Source: an uncultured Christensenella sp.
Lineage (GTDB): Bacteria > Bacillota > Clostridia > Christensenellales > DTU072
Reading direction: 5' to 3'
Assembly (NCBI GenBank): GCA_964418255.1
Contig: CAYQKV010000002.1
Location: 108,421-172,420 of the forward strand
DNA length: 64,000 nt
Shown: one piece after another, positions 57,545-64,000 of the stretch
How the letters are laid out: every line of letters begins with the position of its first letter
How positions within the stretch are numbered: position 1 is the stretch's first letter
Notes under the pieces: model-generated
Databases searched by the model: none
What the model was told of the DNA's origin: nothing
Seen by the model: the letters and a program-made list of their open reading frames with translations, nothing else
Position numbers and translations under genes: made by a program

Positions 57545-58018
57545 ATGACTGTATTAAGCGGTTTGGCGGCGATGCAACCGTGGCTTATGTGGCTTATAAT
57601 CATACTTGCGGCGGTAATCGTTTTCGGCGTTATTATGCACTTTATCAACCGTTCGTTCCGCATCAAGTACGATTTGAACCTTTTCGGCGGCGGCTTGCTT
57701 ATGGCTATCGCGCTTGCAAGCGCGGTCGGCGGCTTTTTCTTGGTTAAAGGAGAATCTAAAATCGGATACGCGCTGTTTGCGCTTACGGCGATACTTATTA
57801 TCGTGACGCTTATTTACGACGTAAAAAAATGCGGAGGAATGGGCGTCGTAGCTCTTATATGTCAAATTCTCTTCTCGGTAGGTTCGATTTTATTGATATT
57901 CGATTTCTTCGGGAATAAATCCCGTTCGTCGGTCTCGCACTCGATTCGCGAGGACAGAATCGTTAGAAGAGAACGTGAAAGAAGAGGATATAACGACCGC
58001 GACCGCGGATATTATTGA
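57545..58018 (+). CDS. Small membrane protein with an Arg-rich C-terminal tail
   Basis: Four hydrophobic helices, then ...REDRIVRRERERRGYNDRDRGYY. AGGAGG RBS. Confidence 0.6.
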   Translation: MTVLSGLAAMQPWLMWLIIILAAVIVFGVIMHFINRSFRIKYDLNLFGGGLLMAIALASAVGGFFLVKGESKIGYALFALTAILIIVTLIYDVKKCGGMGVVALICQILFSVGSILLIFDFFGNKSRSSVSHSIREDRIVRRERERRGYNDRDRGYY

Positions 58019-58036
58019 TAACGCGGTAAAAAGCAT

Positions 58037-58765
58037 ATGAGAAACGACAGGTTAGAAGCCAAATTCAGAGCTAAAAAAGAAGTACGAGGGAATTGGGTAG
58101 CGCTGTTTTTTACGAGCGTGCTTATAGGACTGCCGAGTTCGGTAATCGACGCGGTTGCCGCGGCGATGCAAAGGAACGTAGGGAACGGAGCGGAATATGC
58201 GCTTATAGGCGCAATTCTCGGAGTGATAGGTTTTGTCGTTGCGATTTTGCTCTTTCCCGCTTCCGCCGCGCTGAATAAGAAATATCTTGCTGTGGCGAGA
58301 GGGGAAGACAGAAGAAACACGTCCGTTTTGTGCTATTACAGAGAACGCGACTGGTCGGAAAAAGTCAAAGCGTATTTTCTCGTAATGCTGTATACTACGC
58401 TCGGACTTATTTTGTGCGTCATTCCCGGAATAATCATAGCGATAAAATATTCTATGCTCGGATACGTTTTCGCGGACAATCCGAATATCGGATACCGCGA
58501 CGCGATGGATAAATGCAAAGAGCTTACTGCGGGAAGAACGTGGGAAATTTTCGTTTTTCATCTCAGTTTTATCGGTTGGCACCTGCTTTCCGTGCTCACG
58601 TTCGGCATTCTCGAAATATGGGTCATTCCGTACGAAAATACCGCGTTTGCCGCATGGTACGATTTGAACAGACCCGTCGAAGATGATTTTGCTTCGGGCG
58701 AAACGGATGAACTTTTTCAATCGGGGACTTCCGATTTTTACGAAAATACAAATACGTTGTTTTGA
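58037..58765 (+). CDS. DUF975-family membrane protein
   Basis: N-terminal ...AKKEVRGNWVALFFTSVLI... and a topology typical of DUF975. Confidence 0.65.
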   Translation: MRNDRLEAKFRAKKEVRGNWVALFFTSVLIGLPSSVIDAVAAAMQRNVGNGAEYALIGAILGVIGFVVAILLFPASAALNKKYLAVARGEDRRNTSVLCYYRERDWSEKVKAYFLVMLYTTLGLILCVIPGIIIAIKYSMLGYVFADNPNIGYRDAMDKCKELTAGRTWEIFVFHLSFIGWHLLSVLTFGILEIWVIPYENTAFAAWYDLNRPVEDDFASGETDELFQSGTSDFYENTNTLF

Positions 58766-58821
58766 TAATTACGCCGATTTGCGCTTGGTTTTCGCGGTGC
58801 AGAAAAGGCGCGGAGAAAAAT

Positions 58822-60225
58822 ATGGATAAGTCGCTAACCTACTCTTTGCAGTCAAGATGGAAGCAAGAGGGCAGTATTCTGCGTTATTACGGTTTAAGGA
58901 ACAAGGAACACCTGTTTGAAAATACCGTAAAACTGACTGAAAAGCAAAAAAATATTATAGAAAAACTTCCGTGCGCAATTACGGATAAAGAGTTGTCCGT
59001 ACTGGGAAAGCTTGTAGGAAACGCGGTGGTAAGAACAGAGGAAGTGAGAAAAATTCCGAAAAATCTTTCGGAAGCGCGTTTTTGCGCAAATTGCATTGCA
59101 AACGATTTTATAATTCCGGGGTTGGAATTTGACGGCAACGGGTTTTGTCCTATGTGCCAGACAAAAAAAGAAACGGAAAAACTCAAAAGTATAGTCCCGA
59201 TAAAAAATACCTTTCCTCATTCGAAAAAATCGCGCTTCGACGTCGCGCTGTTTTATACGGGAGGTAAGGATTCCACATATTTACTCTATTATCTTGCAAA
59301 AGTACAGAGATTAAAAGTGCTTGCGCTTACTTGGGAAATCCCGTACATATCCGACAGCGCGAGGGAAAGTATCGGCGAAGCAAAGAAGAGGCTGCCGAAC
59401 GTCGAGTTTATTTCGAGAAAGGTAGCGGACAGCGACTTAAAACTGATGTACGGACGACTGTATGAATTAAGCGGAAACACCTGCGCCTGCCCGTCGCTTG
59501 CATACGCGCTGTTCTATCCGGAGCTTGTTTCGAATAAAGTTCCGTATTTCGTAGTAGGAAACGAAACCGCGCAAATCGTCGGACTTTACTATAACCGTAT
59601 GGCTCCGAAATTCGCATATTCGTTTGCGGATAATAAAACAGCAAACTTTTTTATAAACGTCGGAAGAGTTGTTACGCTCCGTCCGCCGTTGAAAAGAGGA
59701 CAGTTTCATACGATTGCGACAATGAAACAGCTTGCTTACGGCGACAACCCTTTGAAAAAAATCTTCGGCTACGGGAACGAGTTGGTAAGTAACGTAGTAG
59801 AATCCATGCTTACCGTGCCGAATATGGTAAAACCGTTAAAAAGAGCGATAAGAATTTCATCGCTTACGGGTAATATACCCGTTTTTGCTCAGGTAGACTT
59901 CGACGAAATAAGCGGAGGAAAGTACGACTGGAAAAAAATTAAATCGATAATAGTGAAGGAATGCGGATGGGTAGAACCCGAAGAAAACGCAAAAGGCTTG
60001 CACACAAGCTGTAATATAGAAAAGTGCAAGGAATATTCGCAATTTAAGCGGTTTTACGATATGGAAAGCGATATGATACCGTTCAGCGCGCTTGAACTTG
60101 CCATCGCGGTACGAGACGGCAACGCGACGAGGGAAGACGCCTTGAAAGAGCTCGATTGCGCGCTCGGTTTCAGTCTCGAAGAAGTTCCCGAATGTGCGAT
60201 AATGAAAGAATATTTGGCAAAATGA
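58822..60225 (+). CDS. Zinc-ribbon + PP-loop (N-type ATP pyrophosphatase) enzyme of unknown specificity
   Basis: CANC...x17...CPMC ribbon, then the PP-loop variant ALFYTGGKDSTY. The C-terminal region resembles N-acetyl-sugar-amidotransferase-type proteins. ATG 58822 after GGAG. Confidence 0.7.
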   Translation: MDKSLTYSLQSRWKQEGSILRYYGLRNKEHLFENTVKLTEKQKNIIEKLPCAITDKELSVLGKLVGNAVVRTEEVRKIPKNLSEARFCANCIANDFIIPGLEFDGNGFCPMCQTKKETEKLKSIVPIKNTFPHSKKSRFDVALFYTGGKDSTYLLYYLAKVQRLKVLALTWEIPYISDSARESIGEAKKRLPNVEFISRKVADSDLKLMYGRLYELSGNTCACPSLAYALFYPELVSNKVPYFVVGNETAQIVGLYYNRMAPKFAYSFADNKTANFFINVGRVVTLRPPLKRGQFHTIATMKQLAYGDNPLKKIFGYGNELVSNVVESMLTVPNMVKPLKRAIRISSLTGNIPVFAQVDFDEISGGKYDWKKIKSIIVKECGWVEPEENAKGLHTSCNIEKCKEYSQFKRFYDMESDMIPFSALELAIAVRDGNATREDALKELDCALGFSLEEVPECAIMKEYLAK

Positions 60226-60905
60226 ACGCCGTAGTCTATTACTCAAATACGGGAGAAAGCCGTAAAATAGCGGAATATTTCAGCGAAAAGCTGGGTTATC
60301 CCGTTTTCGATATCGGCGGTTTAAATATATACGAATTCGATACCGTCGCGCTTGTTTTTCCGGTGCATTGTCAAAATATCCCGAAAGCGGTAAAAGGGTT
60401 TCTGAAAAAATTAAACGCAAAAAACGTAGCCGTCGCCGCAACTTACGGAAAAATGTGCAGAGGCAACGTTCTGTACGAAGCGCAGAACCGTTTTAAGCTC
60501 AACGTTATCGCAGGAGCGTATATTCCGACGAAGCATTCGTATATCGAGGAGAAAGAATTTACGGAATTTGACGAGCTCGACCGTTTTATCGAAAAAATAA
60601 AAACTCCTACGTCGGTTAAAATACCTCGTTTGTATAAAAATCCGCTCGCAAACTTCTTTCCTAAGTTACGCAGTGCGGTAGGAGTCAGAATCGAAACGAA
60701 AAAAGAGAAGTGTATCCGATGCGGCGAGTGCGGAAAGGCGTGTAAGAACAGCGCGATAGAGTGCGGCAGTATAAATTCCGAATGTATCAGATGCCTTGCG
60801 TGCGTAAATGCGTGCAAAAACGGCGCGTTGACGGTTAAATACACATTCCCGATGAAAATTTATCTTAACGGGAAAAAACATAACGATTTTATTTTTTACG
60901 TTTGA
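60222..60905 (+). CDS. Flavodoxin-like domain fused to a 2x[4Fe-4S] ferredoxin (EFR1-type)
   Basis: MNAVVYYSNTGESRKIAEY flavodoxin-like N-terminus. CIRCGECGKAC and CIRCLACVNAC cluster motifs. The ATG overlaps the upstream stop codon (ATGA). Confidence 0.75.
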   Translation: MNAVVYYSNTGESRKIAEYFSEKLGYPVFDIGGLNIYEFDTVALVFPVHCQNIPKAVKGFLKKLNAKNVAVAATYGKMCRGNVLYEAQNRFKLNVIAGAYIPTKHSYIEEKEFTEFDELDRFIEKIKTPTSVKIPRLYKNPLANFFPKLRSAVGVRIETKKEKCIRCGECGKACKNSAIECGSINSECIRCLACVNACKNGALTVKYTFPMKIYLNGKKHNDFIFYV

Positions 60906-60913
60906 TTAGCTTT

Positions 60914-61849
60914 TTATTGTTCCGTTTCCGACCGAGAGGAGCTGCGGTATTCTTCGATTAGACCGAGGAAATAGGCGTCGTAATCTTCGGGCGATTTGAC
61001 GTTTTCGTCGTAGAATGCGTACATATTTTCCTGCCCGTCGTGGGTTATGCCTTCTTCGAGGGGAACGGTAACGTCGCGAGTGAAAGTAAGGTCGTTAATC
61101 TCGAATTCGACGCCGCTTATTTTAATTTTTTCGGGGACGGACGTTTGTTCGTTTCTGACAAACGTAAGAGTAAGATTTTCTTCCGTTATCGGAGTTAAGT
61201 CGGATTTGAGCGCGTAATAGAGGGTCGCTTTTCCGTTAATTACGTCGAGGTCGTAAAACTTATAGATATAATCGGAGTAGTTTGCGTAAGGTTTAGCTAT
61301 TTCCGCATAGAACAAACGGTTGTACTCGGAAGTGGCGTACGGGAATGCGCGCAAACCTTTATATACGGTTTTTACATAGGATAAGTCCGTCGCTTTACTC
61401 ACCTTTTTATACTGTCTTTCGTAGGCGTCGATGAGTTTGGAAGCGCTCGGCCAACGCGCGACGAGATAAACCGTTCCGTCGCGGGCGTCCACGTTGTAAG
61501 AAGAAGTCTTCCGATAAATATCGGCGGTGTAGGTGACGGACGTGATTTTGTCGTCGTCGTTTTTGTTATATGAAAGTTTTACGGTTTTGCAGGTAACGGA
61601 CGTGTACTTATCTTCGTAAATGTAATAACCGTAATCGCCGTCGGTCAAGACGAGATAGGATTTTACGCCGTATTCGGCTATTCTGTCCACCGTTTCCTGT
61701 TCGTATTGTTGATATGTGTCGATTATAAGTTCGTAGGTGCCGACGACTTTCGACATTTTCGCGGGAGTACAGCCCGCAAAGACAGCGGCGAAAGAAACGA
61801 GCAAAGCAAACAGAACGGCAAGCGACGTTATTTTTGTGATTTTCTTCAT
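60914..61849 (-). CDS. Hypothetical lipoprotein
   Basis: Signal peptide with lipobox VFAG|C. 311 aa, no recognised domain. Confidence 0.65.
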   Translation of the reverse strand: MKKITKITSLAVLFALLVSFAAVFAGCTPAKMSKVVGTYELIIDTYQQYEQETVDRIAEYGVKSYLVLTDGDYGYYIYEDKYTSVTCKTVKLSYNKNDDDKITSVTYTADIYRKTSSYNVDARDGTVYLVARWPSASKLIDAYERQYKKVSKATDLSYVKTVYKGLRAFPYATSEYNRLFYAEIAKPYANYSDYIYKFYDLDVINGKATLYYALKSDLTPITEENLTLTFVRNEQTSVPEKIKISGVEFEINDLTFTRDVTVPLEEGITHDGQENMYAFYDENVKSPEDYDAYFLGLIEEYRSSSRSETEQ

Positions 61850-62002
61850 AATTTCCTTATTATAGCGGGGAAAGCGCGTTTTATTTTTATTATATTCCCC
61901 GTTTCGATTTTAATTATGGCACGAAAGAATAATTTTGTCAATACGGGGTAAATTCCGTCAGCCGCTTGACAACTGACATTTTGTCGGTGTAAGATAACGG
62001 CA

Positions 62003-62044
62003 ATGAAGGTTTTCGGTAAACACTTCATAATAAAAAAACCGAGG
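62003..62044 (+). promoter_or_regulatory. preQ1-I-like riboswitch (H-type pseudoknot)
   Basis: P1 ATGAAG/CTTCAT. Loop TTCGG can pair with CCGAG, which overlaps the SD. A-rich tail AATAAAAAAA. Immediately upstream of queT. Confidence 0.55.
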
Positions 62045-62052
62045 TAACTATT

Positions 62053-62640
62053 TTGAAAAAATCAAAAACTCTCGTTATCGCGCGCGCCGCGCTTATCTGC
62101 GCCCTCTACGTCGCGCTTACTTACGCGTGTATGCCCCTTGCTTACGGTCCGTTGCAAATCCGTATAGGCGAAGCGCTTACCGTTTTGCCCCTTTTGTACG
62201 TCGAAAGTATACCCGCGCTGTTTATCGGCTGTATTCTTTCTAATATCGGTTCGCCTTTCGGCTTTTACGATATTATTTTCGGTTCGATAGCGACGCTCAT
62301 CGCGTCTCTGTTTACCTTTCTCGTCGGCAGAAAAGTAAAAAACAGACCGCTTAAAATCGTCCTCGGCGGACTTCCTCCAGTGCTTGTAAACGCTTTTATC
62401 TTGCCGCTTATGTGGCTTTTGTTCGATTTCGATGCCGGGTACGTAGCTAATATGCTTTCAATTTTGCTTACGCAGAGCGTTTTCGTCTACGCGGCGGGGA
62501 CTCCGCTTTATCTTGCGGCGGACAGGCTGAGAAGGAAAAACGTAAAAGGTTTTCAGACTTGCGACGAGCTGTTTACGCGGAAAAAGATGAAGAAAAGGCG
62601 TAATTTTCAGGCGTTTTTTAATTCAAAAAAGGTAGAATAG
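62053..62640 (+). CDS. queT: QueT-family queuosine-precursor transporter (ECF S-component-like)
   Basis: TTG start. ...YVALTYACMPLAYGPLQIRIGEALTVLPLLY... is typical of the QueT/COG4708 family. Confidence 0.7.
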   Translation: MKKSKTLVIARAALICALYVALTYACMPLAYGPLQIRIGEALTVLPLLYVESIPALFIGCILSNIGSPFGFYDIIFGSIATLIASLFTFLVGRKVKNRPLKIVLGGLPPVLVNAFILPLMWLLFDFDAGYVANMLSILLTQSVFVYAAGTPLYLAADRLRRKNVKGFQTCDELFTRKKMKKRRNFQAFFNSKKVE

Positions 62641-63097
62641 AAGAGTACGAGGAAACGAGGTCGTCGAATTTTACGGCGCAGTTCGCCGGACTCGGGCTCG
62701 GAAGAAGGACGGGCGTTTCGCCCGTGAAACGGCGGTAAAGGGCGTACGCGGTTTTGCCCGTCGTAAAAACGCGTTTGATATCCGCAGCCGAAAAAATAAC
62801 CGAAAAATCGTTGGGAACGGCGTTTTTTATGCTCGAATCCGACGCGCCGTTTATGTCGCAGGAATAGATTACGTCCCAGAGTGCGATTCCTTTTCCGAGA
62901 AGAAAGGCGCGTTTAGCTTCGTTTGAATCGGGAATTTCTTCGTTGAAAACTTTTTCGAGAACGCGCCAGAAACGATTTTGCGGATGCCCGTAGTAGAAAC
63001 CTTTGGCGCGGGAAAGGGGAGAAGGAAGACTTCCGAGAACGAGAACTTTGCTGTTTTCGTCGAACACGGGTTCGAGCGTGTGAAAAACTTTTTCCAT
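62618..63097 (-). CDS. DNA-deoxyinosine (hypoxanthine) glycosylase, UDG family 6
   Basis: VLVLGSLPSPLSRAKGFYYGHPQNRFW motif. 159 aa. Confidence 0.75.
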   Translation of the reverse strand: MEKVFHTLEPVFDENSKVLVLGSLPSPLSRAKGFYYGHPQNRFWRVLEKVFNEEIPDSNEAKRAFLLGKGIALWDVIYSCDINGASDSSIKNAVPNDFSVIFSAADIKRVFTTGKTAYALYRRFTGETPVLLPSPSPANCAVKFDDLVSSYSSILPFLN

Positions 63098-63256
63098 AAA
63101 GGCATTATATCACGATTTATAAGAGGAGGAGCGCGAAAAAAAATATTACGGCTCGGGAAAAAATTTTTTCATTATGTTTGACAAGGCGCGCCGCGCGGTT
63201 GTATCATATAAAAAACACTCTTGCGTGCGTAGGCGCGCGACTAAAATGCTTTTTAA

Positions 63257-64000
<744 letters not shown>

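Overview
This 64-kb window looks like a chromosomal, mostly housekeeping segment of a Clostridia-type Firmicute. That placement is inferred from gene content only: HU, L9, SecG, Pth-Mfd, TadA, RlmH, a CotJC-like protein, ECF S-components behind FMN and preQ1 riboswitches, and BspA-type LRR surface proteins. No alignments or database searches were run; all functional calls come from motifs I recognise in the translated ORFs and from reading the DNA.

I support about 58 CDS:
- A glycerol/dihydroxyacetone operon (gldA, fused dhaK-dhaL) with a divergent AraC regulator.
- corA, a ttcA-like gene, glycerate kinase, dut, and a UPF0210/ACT gene pair.
- An 8.1-kb gene for a 2713-aa LRR lipoprotein.
- The tadA-pth-mfd run, glyA, and the 5' part of gdhA.
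- A Y-family polymerase/YolD cassette.
- Two adjacent G3E-type GTPase genes, one with a His/Cys/Asp/Glu repeat tract.

RNA and regulatory features are one tRNA-Leu(CAA), an FMN riboswitch upstream of ribU, a preQ1-I-like riboswitch upstream of queT, several near-consensus sigma-A promoters and several hairpin terminators. There are no rRNA genes, CRISPR arrays, cas genes, transposases, integrases or reverse transcriptases.

The most unusual content is non-coding:
- A family of ~190-270-bp highly structured repeats occurs 8 times, plus 2 ends-only miniatures.
- One locus carries a 3x head-to-tail 203-bp triplication inside a single pair of terminal inverted repeats.
- At two loci, two subfamilies face each other head-to-head.
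- Many compensatory stem substitutions between copies indicate selection on structure.
- Separately, a 144-nt terminator-flanked, tRNA-like structured segment sits next to tRNA-Leu and ends in an exact 21-nt copy of the tRNA 3' end.

The long antisense shadow ORFs in the six-frame track are rejected as compositional artefacts.
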